A stretch of DNA of 64,000 nt from Bacteroidales bacterium (GCA_016290295.1 JAEETJ010000001.1:160883-224882), one strand, 5' to 3'; counted from the stretch's first letter, positions 1 through 9,830 are shown. Numbers and translations: made by a program. Notes: generated by a model not told the origin, from the sequence alone.

Positions 1-1
1 A

Positions 2-604
2 CAAATTAACCCGTCTTGATTTAAAAATGAAGTCCTTATATACCTTTATTGCAAATAAGCCACTAATAATCAGAGCACTAAACAAATAAAAATTTATAAA
101 ATTTGTGTATTGAACAACAATATTTGTCAGAAATAAAATTAACGAACTATTTAGCAAGAAGGAAAAACCGACAATATGAAAATTATATCTTTCCTCTTCA
201 CATTCGAACAGTCCGAATAGCAGAAAATCAACGATTTGTTTCAAGATAAAAAGGGCAATCACAGACAAGCAGGTAATACCAATAAACTGCATAAAGTTCA
301 CCTGCTGGTCAAATGCGGGTATAAAGTATGAGCATATTTGTTTGACAGACAGGGCAAAAACAAGCATCACGAAAGGCCATGACAGCATAAAAACACCCTC
401 GCTAAAAAATTTTCCTTCCTTGGACAACTGAGAGAAAGCACGTTTGGAATAGAGACACTGCAAACACAGTACTAATTTACGACGGTACAACACAGCATTG
501 ATACTTAAGAGGAGCAAAGCCACAACAATCAGTAGCGTTGCCCAATTATTGTCAACATAAGAGAGTGTTGTAAAATCGAAAATACCGTCGTCAATCTTCT
601 TCAT
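2..604 (-). CDS. hypothetical multi-pass membrane protein; 3' end lies outside the window
   Basis: I checked the minus-strand frame codon by codon. It is open from the ATG at 604 to the window edge. Several hydrophobic helices are present (LLIVVALLLLSI, FMLSWPFVMLVFAL, ITCLSVIALFIL). It is missing from the ORF track only because no stop codon lies in the window. Confidence 0.5.
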   Translation of the reverse strand, partial: MKKIDDGIFDFTTLSYVDNNWATLLIVVALLLLSINAVLYRRKLVLCLQCLYSKRAFSQLSKEGKFFSEGVFMLSWPFVMLVFALSVKQICSYFIPAFDQQVNFMQFIGITCLSVIALFILKQIVDFLLFGLFECEEERYNFHIVGFSFLLNSSLILFLTNIVVQYTNFINFYLFSALIISGLFAIKVYKDFIFKSRRVNL

Positions 605-644
605 TTCCCGGTCCCCTCAACGATGAAGCAGACTAACGTCCACC

Positions 645-1382
645 CTATTTAACCAATAATTTCTTTGTAACCAAAGGTCTTCCGTCAGCTTCGATAGAAT
701 AGAAATAGATGCCAGAACTATATTCAGATACATCCACTTTTACTTTATTACCGTTAACGTCCAACTTTTTGGTAAAGAGAGTTGCACCCACCAGGTTTTT
801 AATAACCAGATTTACCGCATTGGAATTTCCTGTATATGCATATTCTATGGTTACATTATCCGAAGCCGGATTAGGATAGGCACGTAACTTGCTGGCAACA
901 GGGGTTGTCTCAATACTGGTGGGATCATACACGAGTTTGAAAACCACCGAAGTGCAATCATCACTATTGTCATAGTTAGAAAAGGTGAACATCACGTATG
1001 AAGTTCCTCCCGTTGTTGTTTTATAGCCCAAGTGAAATGCATCAGCTGAGGTGGCATGCGACAAAGTGCTATGAGCGGCTATTACCATCGGATTCGATTC
1101 GGTTGTGGACGGGGGAAAACATGTGCCACCGATACAGAGCGAAGCGGAAGCCCCGGCTGCCATGTCCAAATCGTTTTTGTATACCACCATGGAGACATCG
1201 TTATCAGTAACATTGCTCAGGTCCAGATAATAGTCAACAGTTGTATTCAACTGGGGAACTACTACCTCCAAGGTGTCTCCATTATTGACAGAAGCACCTT
1301 CGTAGGCAACAGTCAATGACTGAGCGAAAGCGCAACTTGCCGCGATTACCAATGCAAATAGAAGAGTAAATATCTTTTTCAT
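645..1382 (-). CDS. secreted protein with T9SS (Por) C-terminal sorting domain
   Basis: N-terminal signal peptide MKKIFTLLFALVIAASCAFAQ. The C-terminal ~80 aa resemble a T9SS CTD (YPNPASDNVTIEY...GIYFYSIEADG...KKLLVK). Confidence 0.75.
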   Translation of the reverse strand: MKKIFTLLFALVIAASCAFAQSLTVAYEGASVNNGDTLEVVVPQLNTTVDYYLDLSNVTDNDVSMVVYKNDLDMAAGASASLCIGGTCFPPSTTESNPMVIAAHSTLSHATSADAFHLGYKTTTGGTSYVMFTFSNYDNSDDCTSVVFKLVYDPTSIETTPVASKLRAYPNPASDNVTIEYAYTGNSNAVNLVIKNLVGATLFTKKLDVNGNKVKVDVSEYSSGIYFYSIEADGRPLVTKKLLVK

Positions 1383-1413
1383 AGGCTTATTTTTTTCTTT
1401 TTATATAGACTTG

Positions 1414-1421
1414 CAAAGATA
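1414..1421 (-). promoter_or_regulatory. Bacteroidota -7 box TAnnTTTG (tatctttg) for the T9SS-CTD gene
   Basis: Exact match to the consensus, 32 nt upstream of the ATG at 1382. Confidence 0.6.
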
Positions 1422-1440
1422 CAAAAAATTTAATATAGAT

Positions 1441-1517
1441 TTCTTTTTAAAAAGAAAAAATAATTCACAATCCAAAATTCAGAATAGTTTTGAACTTTGG
1501 ACTTTGAATTTTGAATT
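1441..1517 (-). terminator. hairpin of TGAAYTT words followed by a T-run; terminator of the beta-propeller gene
   Basis: The arms aattcacaatccaaaattcagaa and ttgaactttggactttgaattttgaatt are imperfectly complementary. On the minus strand the hairpin is followed by attattttttcttttt. Confidence 0.5.
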
Positions 1518-1544
1518 AAAAAAGACACCTTGCCTTCAGCTCAC

Positions 1545-2597
1545 CTAATTCAAGAACACCATCCCCGATGGATTGACACCCACTTCAAACGAGAATTTCT
1601 TCTTGCCGCTTTGGTCGAAACAATACACATCCCCATTGACAGTAAAATTCTGTGCATCAGAAATATAAACATCTCCATTTCGAGGATTCACAGCTATGCC
1701 ATAAGGAATACTCAGCGTAGTTCCGTCGGTAATAAAATGATTGTTGACAATGGTTTCGGTAGTCAAATCAAAGATCTGAATCGTGTACTCTTCCGTGGAA
1801 AAATTATATGAATAAAAATAGGCGGAATTGCCATAGAATGTCAAATTGTTAAGCTCGAAATCATAGGTTTTCACCACCTCGTCTGTAAACGGACTGATTT
1901 TTTGAAGACATGAACTCACTGTATAATAATCACCATTGGAGATGAGATAAACATCTTGCTGATTGGGAGCCAGATACAAACGTGAAGGATTCATAGCCAC
2001 TGTGATATTTTTGGTCACTGCAAAAGTAGCCAAATCAACCACAGAAACCGTTGTGCCGTAATCAGGGGCATTGTATCCTCCGGTATTGGCCACATACAAC
2101 TTTCCATTGGCAATGCACACACCCTCAGGATTCGGGCCTACTGTTACCGTGGCCTCCACCGCAAAAGATGCCGTGTCAATTCTGACCACAGTGCCGTCGA
2201 AACAGCTGACATACGCCTTGGAACCCAAAAAACAGATTCTACGGGGGGACTTGCCATTCAAAGGAACTGTGCCTATTACCTTTGCTGTGTACAAGTCCAT
2301 CACCTGAATATTTTCCGAAGTATTCACCACACAATACAAACGGGAGCCATATCGTTGCAAGTCATTGCCGGTATCGCCCAAGCCGCGATTGTTCACCGCC
2401 GTAAAAATATCGGCCGTCACCTCACCCGAATCAAAGTTGTAGTATGAAATGGTGCTGTTATTGTAGTTCCAAACCCCCTCATTCAATATATACATCCCGT
2501 TACGCTCCACAGTAGGATTGTCTGGGGTAACAGGTTTTTTATGGCAAGCTGTCATTAAAACAGCCAGTAAAAAGAGTAAGTAAAGTGATTTTTTCAT
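1545..2597 (-). CDS. beta-propeller surface lipoprotein (YncE / DUF5074-like)
   Basis: Lipoprotein signal MKKSLYLLFLLAVLMTAC. Repeated blade-like segments are present (LNEGVWNYNNSTISYY, LYVANTGG, GIAVNPRNGDVYISD). I chose the start at 2597, just downstream of a -7 box. Confidence 0.7.
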   Translation of the reverse strand: MKKSLYLLFLLAVLMTACHKKPVTPDNPTVERNGMYILNEGVWNYNNSTISYYNFDSGEVTADIFTAVNNRGLGDTGNDLQRYGSRLYCVVNTSENIQVMDLYTAKVIGTVPLNGKSPRRICFLGSKAYVSCFDGTVVRIDTASFAVEATVTVGPNPEGVCIANGKLYVANTGGYNAPDYGTTVSVVDLATFAVTKNITVAMNPSRLYLAPNQQDVYLISNGDYYTVSSCLQKISPFTDEVVKTYDFELNNLTFYGNSAYFYSYNFSTEEYTIQIFDLTTETIVNNHFITDGTTLSIPYGIAVNPRNGDVYISDAQNFTVNGDVYCFDQSGKKKFSFEVGVNPSGMVFLN

Positions 2598-2613
2598 AGT
2601 ACGAAATTTTTGG

Positions 2614-2621
2614 CAAAAATA
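2614..2621 (-). promoter_or_regulatory. -7 box (tatttttg) for the beta-propeller lipoprotein gene
   Basis: Exact match to the consensus, 17 nt upstream of the ATG at 2597. Confidence 0.6.
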
Positions 2622-2680
2622 CAAAATTTTGACTTTCTATAAATGTGGTACCAGAATAACGGATACTCCTGCTATTACTA

Positions 2681-3649
2681 TTACCAATACATTATCTCCC
2701 GTTCATATAGAGTATATCTTTTCTCTGTCTTACGCTTGGATTTTGGCTTTTCTATCATCTCTACATAGCGAACCCAGTTCCCGTATCTGTCATATTCGTA
2801 ATGGCGTGTTGTCCGACCTGAAAAGGTTAAATTCGGGTCTCGAGCCTTTCTACCGTCTGTGCAATATATAATTTTATGCTCATAACCAACAATTTCATAG
2901 TTACCACAAGTGTCATAACGGCGGTATTCAAAATCCTTAACCGTCTCACACTTCACTGCACGAACTTTGCCATTGGGGTAATAAATCCAAGTCCATCTCC
3001 TACCGGACTTGTTCTCTTGTTCATTTATATCAGTATAAAGCCTTATCTGCCGAAACGAAGTGTCTAAAACACTCCTACTTGTTATATCTCCATCTTTATA
3101 CACACACACTATAATGCTGTCGTTTGTGAAAAAATATCGATACGTGATTATATGAGTGCTGGTATCATCGGAAATCGTTTCACGAATGAGATTTCCAACA
3201 TCATCATACTCGTAAGTCCTGACAAACGCCAAGATTGTATCCCCATTCCCTTCGGTCAACTCATTGTAAACCATGTCATTGTTTTCGTCAAAAACCGCTT
3301 TCCAATGTCTATCGCATTTGCCATCCTCGTTGCAACAGTAGTACGACTCAATAAGATTACCCCGCTGATCGTAATATTCTGTCGTTGTACTAAATGGTTT
3401 GAGTTTTACCCAGTCGTTGCCACTTTTTGACGGTTTGACTTCCCAGCCGAACTCCCGTATCATCCGTACTGAACCATTAAGATTCAATGATTCCTGCGGT
3501 ATCTTTACAGGGGCTGTTGTCGTTGTATCATGTCCCATGGGATAGACACACCACATAGAAAGCGTTGAGGGATCACAATTAGGGGAATAGTCCCCACAAC
3601 CAACAAGCAGTCCCGCTGCCGCTATCATGAGCAATAATCTGATCTTCAT
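2681..3649 (-). CDS. lipoprotein with YD/RHS-like repeats
   Basis: Lipobox MKIRLLLMIAAAGLLVGC. Four YD-type motifs are present (YYDQRGNLIESY, YEYDDVGNLIRE, YRRYDTCGNYEI, YEYDRYGNWVRY). The gene is visibly AT-richer than its neighbours. Confidence 0.6.
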   Translation of the reverse strand: MKIRLLLMIAAAGLLVGCGDYSPNCDPSTLSMWCVYPMGHDTTTTAPVKIPQESLNLNGSVRMIREFGWEVKPSKSGNDWVKLKPFSTTTEYYDQRGNLIESYYCCNEDGKCDRHWKAVFDENNDMVYNELTEGNGDTILAFVRTYEYDDVGNLIRETISDDTSTHIITYRYFFTNDSIIVCVYKDGDITSRSVLDTSFRQIRLYTDINEQENKSGRRWTWIYYPNGKVRAVKCETVKDFEYRRYDTCGNYEIVGYEHKIIYCTDGRKARDPNLTFSGRTTRHYEYDRYGNWVRYVEMIEKPKSKRKTEKRYTLYEREIMYW

Positions 3650-3970
3650 CTTATTTAACTTTCTTATCACAACTCTCTTTTTCTCTAAATATTGTACGTG
3701 TGTAACATGCATACAACCCTTTTCTAGGTCTGAGGCAACTCTGATTCAACACTCACATGGTCTCGGCATGGTCTCGGTCAAACCTACCTTGGAGCTACAC
3801 AAAAGTTGATTAAAAGGCAAGTAAAATGGGAGTAAAACCTATGGAAGCTATTCTACTGTGATTGCATCACTTATAAACGACCCCAAAGAGTGATTTCAAT
3901 CACATAAAGCCGATGCAAAGACACAACATTTTCCCGTACATACTTCAAAACAGACCTAAAATATTTTTTG

Positions 3971-3978
3971 TATTTTTG
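3971..3978 (+). promoter_or_regulatory. -7 box (tatttttg) for the cyclo-ligase/ECF sigma operon
   Basis: Exact match to the consensus, 21 nt upstream of the ATG at 3999. Confidence 0.6.
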
Positions 3979-3998
3979 CCTTCCTAAAATAAAAAAAC

Positions 3999-4526
3999 AT
4001 GGTTTCAAAACAAGAACTAAGAGCAAACATCAAACTGCTGAAAAAACAGCACAGTATGGAAGAACGGCAGGCACAGTCGGACATCATCATGCGAAAGCTG
4101 GAGCAACACCCCGACTTTATCAAAGCAAAGATAGTCATGCTTTACAGCTCGCTACCCGACGAAGTGCAGACACAGGGATTCATCGAGAAATGGAGACAGC
4201 AAAAGCGTATCATCCTGCCTACAGTGGTGGGTGACGACATCATCCCGGTAGAACTGACCCCCGAGACCAATTTCGCCGTGGGCGACTTCAACATTCTTGA
4301 ACCGCAAAACGAGGCCTATACCGGTGGTTACGACCTCATCATTGTTCCCGGAGTTGCTTTCGACAGACAGGGCAACCGTTTAGGAAGAGGCAAGGGCTAC
4401 TACGACCGTTTCCTCTGCAAGCACCGGACAACAAAAAAAATTGGCATTTGTTTTGACTTCCAACTTGTTGATAATGTGCCTGTTGAAGAAAACGACATCC
4501 CTATGGATGAAATTATTTCGAGATAA
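3999..4526 (+). CDS. 5-formyltetrahydrofolate cyclo-ligase
   Basis: Family motifs IIVPGVAFDRQGNRLGRGKGYYDRFL and a length of about 175 aa. Confidence 0.85.
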   Translation: MVSKQELRANIKLLKKQHSMEERQAQSDIIMRKLEQHPDFIKAKIVMLYSSLPDEVQTQGFIEKWRQQKRIILPTVVGDDIIPVELTPETNFAVGDFNILEPQNEAYTGGYDLIIVPGVAFDRQGNRLGRGKGYYDRFLCKHRTTKKIGICFDFQLVDNVPVEENDIPMDEIISR

Positions 4527-4601
4527 GGTGTAGTTTTCCAATAGTTTCTGCGTCTAATGGTTGAATTTGATGCTGAACACAGACACAAAACATTCAAAAC
4601 A

Positions 4602-5084
4602 ATGAAACAGACAGAACAGGAATTTGAGCAGATTGTCAAGAAGCACAAAAGCACCATTTACACGGTTTGCTACATGTTCTCAAAGGATGAGGATGAGGTG
4701 AACGACCTCTTTCAAGAGGTGCTCATCAACCTTTGGAAAGGCTTCGAAGATTTCAGAGGAGACGCGGCGGTGAGTTCCTGGATATGGAAGGTGGCATTGA
4801 ACACCTGCATCTCCTTCGACCGCAAAAAGAAACGCCAAGGCGAGAAAATACCCTTGGAGATGGCCGGCAACTTGTTCACTGATGAGGATGACGACAGTCA
4901 GCAAATCCGGATGCTGTACCAGCGTATCAACCAGCTGAACTTAGTGGACCGCGCCATTGTCCTCCTATGGTTAGAAAACCTCAGCTATGATGAAATCGCC
5001 GCCATTGTCGGTATCAGCGTCAAGAATGTCAGTGTCAAGCTGGTCAGAATCAAACAACAGTTAATCAAGATGTCTCACGCTTAA
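4602..5084 (+). CDS. ECF-type RNA polymerase sigma-70 factor
   Basis: Region 2 (DLFQEVLINLWKGFEDFRG..SWIWKVALNTCISFDRKKK) and a region 4 HTH (LSYDEIAAIVGISVKNVSVKLVRIK). I prefer the start at MKQTEQEF; the ORF opens at 4557. Confidence 0.85.
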   Translation: MKQTEQEFEQIVKKHKSTIYTVCYMFSKDEDEVNDLFQEVLINLWKGFEDFRGDAAVSSWIWKVALNTCISFDRKKKRQGEKIPLEMAGNLFTDEDDDSQQIRMLYQRINQLNLVDRAIVLLWLENLSYDEIAAIVGISVKNVSVKLVRIKQQLIKMSHA

Positions 5085-5095
5085 ATCAAAAAATC

Positions 5096-5674
5096 ATGGA
5101 AAACGAAAATACAATAACCGAACAACAAGAATTGGAAACCTTACGTTCCCAAATGGATATACTCCGCAAAAAACTGGAGCAAGAAACCATTGTCAACGAA
5201 AAACTGATGCGTGAAACCATGAAGTCACGTGTATCCACCATCAACCGCCAGGGATGGATCAGCATAGCTGCCGCTATCTGCATGGTGCTGTGGTTTCCGC
5301 TGTGTTTCAATACACTCTCTACCGCCTTCATCATCACCACCATTGTGTTCATGGCCGTTGATGCTATTGCCACCTGGATTATCCATAAACAAGTTGATGA
5401 ACGTCAGCTGATGAGTGAGGACATGCGCACCGTGACCAACAAAATGAAAACGTTGAAGAAACGCTATCAATGGAGCACTGTGATTGAATTGCCTTTGGTT
5501 CTCGCATGGTGTGTTTGGTTCTGCTATGAAGTCATACAGATGACAGGAGAACCCTGGCAATTCATGGCTGGCGCTGTCGCCTTCGGAGCCCTCATCGGTT
5601 TCTTCATCGCTTTGAGAATGTACCGCAAGGTCATCGACAACTGCAATGCGATTATCAAGCAGATAGAGGAGTAA
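5096..5674 (+). CDS. membrane protein, possible cognate anti-sigma partner
   Basis: Starts 11 nt after the sigma factor stop. It has an N-terminal coiled-coil-like segment and then four hydrophobic helices. No recognisable zinc-binding anti-sigma motif is present. Confidence 0.55.
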   Translation: MENENTITEQQELETLRSQMDILRKKLEQETIVNEKLMRETMKSRVSTINRQGWISIAAAICMVLWFPLCFNTLSTAFIITTIVFMAVDAIATWIIHKQVDERQLMSEDMRTVTNKMKTLKKRYQWSTVIELPLVLAWCVWFCYEVIQMTGEPWQFMAGAVAFGALIGFFIALRMYRKVIDNCNAIIKQIEE

Positions 5675-5890
5675 TTAGCAAATTAGTTAATTGGCAAATG
5701 TGCAAATGAATTAAACAATGTGCTAATTATCAATGTGCTAATGTGCCAATTAGAATTAGCGAATTAGTTAATTAGCAAATGTGCAGATGATTCTAGGGAA
5801 TAGGGATTAGTAGATAGGAGTTAGTATTGAATTCTGAATTAAATCAATTAGCACATTAACTCATTAGCACATTAGCACATTAGCACATTA
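5673..5890. repeat. composite ATTAGCA(A/C)AT-word element with inverted arms
   Basis: The left part carries aattagcaaattagttaatt and atgtgctaat copies. The right part carries four attagcacat copies. A TAGGRAW-word segment lies between them. Confidence 0.8.
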
Positions 5891-5901
5891 AAAAATTTTT
5901 G

Positions 5902-5909
5902 TACCTTTG
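5902..5909 (+). promoter_or_regulatory. -7 box (tacctttg) for the M16 peptidase gene
   Basis: Exact match to the consensus, directly after the ATTAGCACAT array. Confidence 0.6.
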
Positions 5910-5975
5910 TCCCCTCAAATTAAATATAAGAAATATTCAAACTAACATATTATCAACCAAAAAATTAAATCCAAA

Positions 5976-8777
5976 ATGAAAAAATTATTCTCAGCATTGA
6001 TGGTACTGATTTTTTCCATGGGTATGGTATTTGCCCAGGATTTGAGTGCTCCCATCAATCCCGATCCGAATGTGAAAATCGGAAAATTGGACAACGGAAT
6101 GACTTACTACATCCGTGCCAACAAGAAACCCGAGAGCCGTGTGGAACTCCGTTTGGCAGTTAACGCTGGTTCTTGTCAGGAAAATGAAGACCAGAGAGGT
6201 CTCGCCCATTTTACCGAGCACATGGCTTTCAACGGTATCAAGGGTTTTCCGCACAACACCATGACCAGCGAGCTGCAGAAAGTAGGTGTCGCTTTTGGTC
6301 ACCACACCAACGCTTACACTTCTTTTGACGAGACAGTGTACATGCTCACCCTGCCTATCGACCATCTGCAGATGGGTTTGGACATCCTGAACGGATGGGC
6401 TAACGGCATGTTGTTTGACGGTGATGAAATCGAAGCTGAAAGAGGTGTCATTTCAGAAGAGTGGCGTATGGGCTTAGGTGCCAGTGACAGAATGCAGAAA
6501 AAATGGTTCCCTGTTCTCTTCAAAGGTTCACGCTACGCCGAACGTCTGCCCATTGGTTTAATCGAAGTCATCCAGGGCTTCAAACACCAAACCATCAAAG
6601 ACTTCTATCATGATTGGTATCGTCCTGATTTGCAGGCTGTCATCGTTGTGGGTGACATTGATGTGGATGCTGTTGAGAAACAGATTATCAAGCAATTCGG
6701 TAAGATTAAACCCGTGAAAAATCCGCGTGCCAAACTGCCTAACAACATTCAACCTAACAAGGAACCTCTTGCTTGTGTAGCTACCGACAAGGAAGCCATG
6801 GGTAACACCGTAATGGTGCTCCGCAAACTCCCCCATTTCGTGATGAAGACCGTGGGTGACTACCGTACTAACCTGAAATACGAACTGTACAACACGATGT
6901 ATGACTCCCGTTTGAGCGAGATGACCCAGAAAGCCTCCTGCCCATTCTTGAATGCCAGCTGCGGTTATAGCGGCTTGATTGGCAATACTGATGTTTACGG
7001 TTGCCAGATTTCCAGCAAAGAGGGTAAAATCCTCGAAAGCATCGAAGCACTGATGCGTGAGGACCAGAGAGTTCTTCAGTTCGGTTTCCTGCAGACCGAG
7101 TTGAACCGCGCCAAAGAAGAACTGTTGAACCAGTATGAAACCGCCGCCAATGAGGTGAAGAAAACCGAATCTTCAAGATTCGCCACCGAATATGTGGCCA
7201 ACTACCTGCATCAAGACCCGATTCCTGGTGCCAAGAGAGAATACAACTATGCCAAGAAATATCTGGAAGACATCACTTTGGACGAAATCAACGCACTGGC
7301 AAAACAATGGATTACCGAAGAGAACCTGGTGGCTATCGTAATGGCTCCCGAAAAAGAAGGCGTGAAAGTACCTACTGAAAAAGACGTTTTGGCTGCTGTT
7401 ACCAACCCCGGCAACAAACATGTGGAACCATACATCGACACATACAAAGACAAAGAAGTGGTGGAAAAAGACCAGCTTAAAGCCGGTAGCATCATCAACA
7501 CCAAGGAAATCACTGAAATCGACGCTGAGGAGCTGACACTGAACAACGGTATCACCGTGGTACTGAAGAAAACCGATTTCAAGAACGACCAGATTCTGTT
7601 CTCCGCACGCAGCAAGGGTGGTATGAGCCTCTACTACGAATGTGACCTTCCTTCTCTGCATTTCGCCTGCGACTTTGTAGATCGTGCCGGTATTTCCGAT
7701 TTGGATTATTCTTCTTTGGAAAAGAAAATGAAAGGTAAAAAGGTTGGTGTAAGCCCCTATATCAGCACCTTCAGCGAAGGTCTCAGCGGTTCTTCCACCC
7801 CGAAAGACATGGAATTCTTCTTCCAGTACATTCACGCCTTCTTCACCAGTCCGAGAGAAGATGCATCTGTAGCTGAATTAGTTACCAGCGAATATCTCGA
7901 ACAAATCAAGATGATCAGTGCTAACCCGATGTACAAGTTCATGTTGGGTTTCATGGATATCACCACTCAAAACGACCCCTATCAGAAAGCCTTATTGTCT
8001 GAAGAAGACGTGAAAGCCACCGATTATACCAGAGCTTTCCAGTTGTATCAGCAGCGTTTCGCCAATCCCGCTGACTTTGTGTTCACTTTCGTAGGCAACT
8101 TCGATGAAAATCTGATCAAAGAATACATCGAACTGTACCTTGGTTCACTTAAGACCAGCAGTGACAGAGAAACCCCGAAATATGAAGTAGTGAAAGGTTT
8201 CCCCGACAAACAAGTTAACGAAAACGTATATGCCGGTACTGAAGAACAAAGTTGGGTAGGTATCGCTTTCGACCACGACATGGAATGGACTCCGAAAAAC
8301 ACCATGATTGTCAATGAAATCAACGAAGCACTGCAAATCGAACTGATCAATACCATTCGTGAAAAAATGGGTGGTGTTTATTCCCCGATGCTTCAGATGG
8401 GTGCTGACAGAGAACCCAAACCCTCTTACAGCATGATGATTATGTTCAGCTGCTCACCCGACAACACTGACAAACTCTCAGAGGCATGTTTCAATATTCT
8501 GAAAGATTTCACCACAACTGGACCTTCAGCTGAGACCCTGGAAAAGGTGAAAAAACAGATGATTAACGAACACGAGACCTCTCTGAAACAGAACAACATG
8601 TGGCTGAGCTACATTTCTGGCAAATACTATTCAGGTGAAGACATCAACAGCATCAACACCTATGTGGAAAGAGTAAATGCTATCACAGCCGACGATATCG
8701 TGAAATTCATGAAAGAGAATTTCGACATCGACAAATACGTGAAGGTTTACTTGTATCCTGAAAAGATGAAGAAATAA
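5976..8777 (+). CDS. M16 family (insulinase/pitrilysin-like) zinc peptidase, two fused halves
   Basis: Signal peptide, inverted zinc motif HFTEHMAFNG (HxxEH), downstream EE (ISEEW), 933 aa. Confidence 0.9.
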   Translation: MKKLFSALMVLIFSMGMVFAQDLSAPINPDPNVKIGKLDNGMTYYIRANKKPESRVELRLAVNAGSCQENEDQRGLAHFTEHMAFNGIKGFPHNTMTSELQKVGVAFGHHTNAYTSFDETVYMLTLPIDHLQMGLDILNGWANGMLFDGDEIEAERGVISEEWRMGLGASDRMQKKWFPVLFKGSRYAERLPIGLIEVIQGFKHQTIKDFYHDWYRPDLQAVIVVGDIDVDAVEKQIIKQFGKIKPVKNPRAKLPNNIQPNKEPLACVATDKEAMGNTVMVLRKLPHFVMKTVGDYRTNLKYELYNTMYDSRLSEMTQKASCPFLNASCGYSGLIGNTDVYGCQISSKEGKILESIEALMREDQRVLQFGFLQTELNRAKEELLNQYETAANEVKKTESSRFATEYVANYLHQDPIPGAKREYNYAKKYLEDITLDEINALAKQWITEENLVAIVMAPEKEGVKVPTEKDVLAAVTNPGNKHVEPYIDTYKDKEVVEKDQLKAGSIINTKEITEIDAEELTLNNGITVVLKKTDFKNDQILFSARSKGGMSLYYECDLPSLHFACDFVDRAGISDLDYSSLEKKMKGKKVGVSPYISTFSEGLSGSSTPKDMEFFFQYIHAFFTSPREDASVAELVTSEYLEQIKMISANPMYKFMLGFMDITTQNDPYQKALLSEEDVKATDYTRAFQLYQQRFANPADFVFTFVGNFDENLIKEYIELYLGSLKTSSDRETPKYEVVKGFPDKQVNENVYAGTEEQSWVGIAFDHDMEWTPKNTMIVNEINEALQIELINTIREKMGGVYSPMLQMGADREPKPSYSMMIMFSCSPDNTDKLSEACFNILKDFTTTGPSAETLEKVKKQMINEHETSLKQNNMWLSYISGKYYSGEDINSINTYVERVNAITADDIVKFMKENFDIDKYVKVYLYPEKMKK

Positions 8778-8791
8778 TGCAGATACGTCGT

Positions 8792-8821
8792 TGTAGAGAC
8801 GCACGGTTGTGCGTCTCTACA
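8792..8821. terminator. 12-bp perfect hairpin between convergent genes
   Basis: gtagagacgcac-ggtt-gtgcgtctctac lies between the M16 stop (8777) and the lipoprotein stop (8828). The U-tracts are weak. Confidence 0.5.
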
Positions 8822-8827
8822 GGATGT

Positions 8828-9787
8828 TTACAATGACAACATTTTGAAATAACGTTTGATTTCAATCTGCATTCTCTCGAAACTCCCGAAGCGCACTGCT
8901 TTGGGAGTTTCGCCTTTTTTAAACATTACCATACCGGCGGGAAGACCTTGAATATAGGGTTGCATATCCACATGCAAAACTTCGTTCAAAGTAAAATCAT
9001 GAATAGCCACATCGGCAAAACCCGCTTTTACTTCTTCATAAAACACGTTTCTGTCCTCACAGAAGGCCTGTAACATTTCAACGGTCTCATCCCACTCTTC
9101 CGGTTTCAGATTATCATTATAGAAGAAAACCACAGCGCTATATTCCGGCACGGAATCATTGACAGCTGTACATTCGAAGCGGCAGAGATCATTGATGGAG
9201 TAGCGGTCCACAAAATAGGATTTCCGCTGGTATTCGCTCAAGTCACTTTGTGTGGCATTGGTATCCAGATTTTTAATCCACTCATAATTTTTATGCACCA
9301 CAAAAGAGCCGTCAGACTCACGATAGGTTTCCCAAATCTCGGTTTCCAACACATCTTTGTCCTGCAGTGCCAAATTCAATGCCACAGGAACCTGATCCAG
9401 AATACGCTGGGTACCGAAGCCGGATGTGATGACCAGGTAAGCCCATTCGCGGTCAACAGAACGCAACAGCCATAACTCGCGGCCTTCCGGCAAACGTTCC
9501 ACGCAAGAAATGCCCCACTCTACTGGAACTTTGCTGGCAATAGTTATATGTTTTCCCTCATATTCATTAATTTTTTCCAAGAAATCTTCCAGAAAATCCT
9601 CAGAAATGGGAATCAAATCCGACTTGTCACGAATATCCGCCAAAATTGTGTCAGCAATAATCGACGTGGTATAGGTTATCGGATCATTGTTGCTATAGTC
9701 TTCCTCTACTTGGTTTTTCGGGCGACAAGCGGTGAAAACGATGGCCACACAGAGGCAGAAAAGGGTTATTATTTTCAATTTTTTCAT
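8828..9787 (-). CDS. hypothetical lipoprotein
   Basis: Lipobox MKKLKIITLFCLCVAIVFTAC. No recognisable catalytic motif. It is the last gene of the ftsX-uppP-truB strand block. Confidence 0.6.
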   Translation of the reverse strand: MKKLKIITLFCLCVAIVFTACRPKNQVEEDYSNNDPITYTTSIIADTILADIRDKSDLIPISEDFLEDFLEKINEYEGKHITIASKVPVEWGISCVERLPEGRELWLLRSVDREWAYLVITSGFGTQRILDQVPVALNLALQDKDVLETEIWETYRESDGSFVVHKNYEWIKNLDTNATQSDLSEYQRKSYFVDRYSINDLCRFECTAVNDSVPEYSAVVFFYNDNLKPEEWDETVEMLQAFCEDRNVFYEEVKAGFADVAIHDFTLNEVLHVDMQPYIQGLPAGMVMFKKGETPKAVRFGSFERMQIEIKRYFKMLSL

Positions 9788-9830
9788 GATTGTTGGTTTT
9801 AGGGTTACTGGCTTGGAGGGGTTGGAAGTA

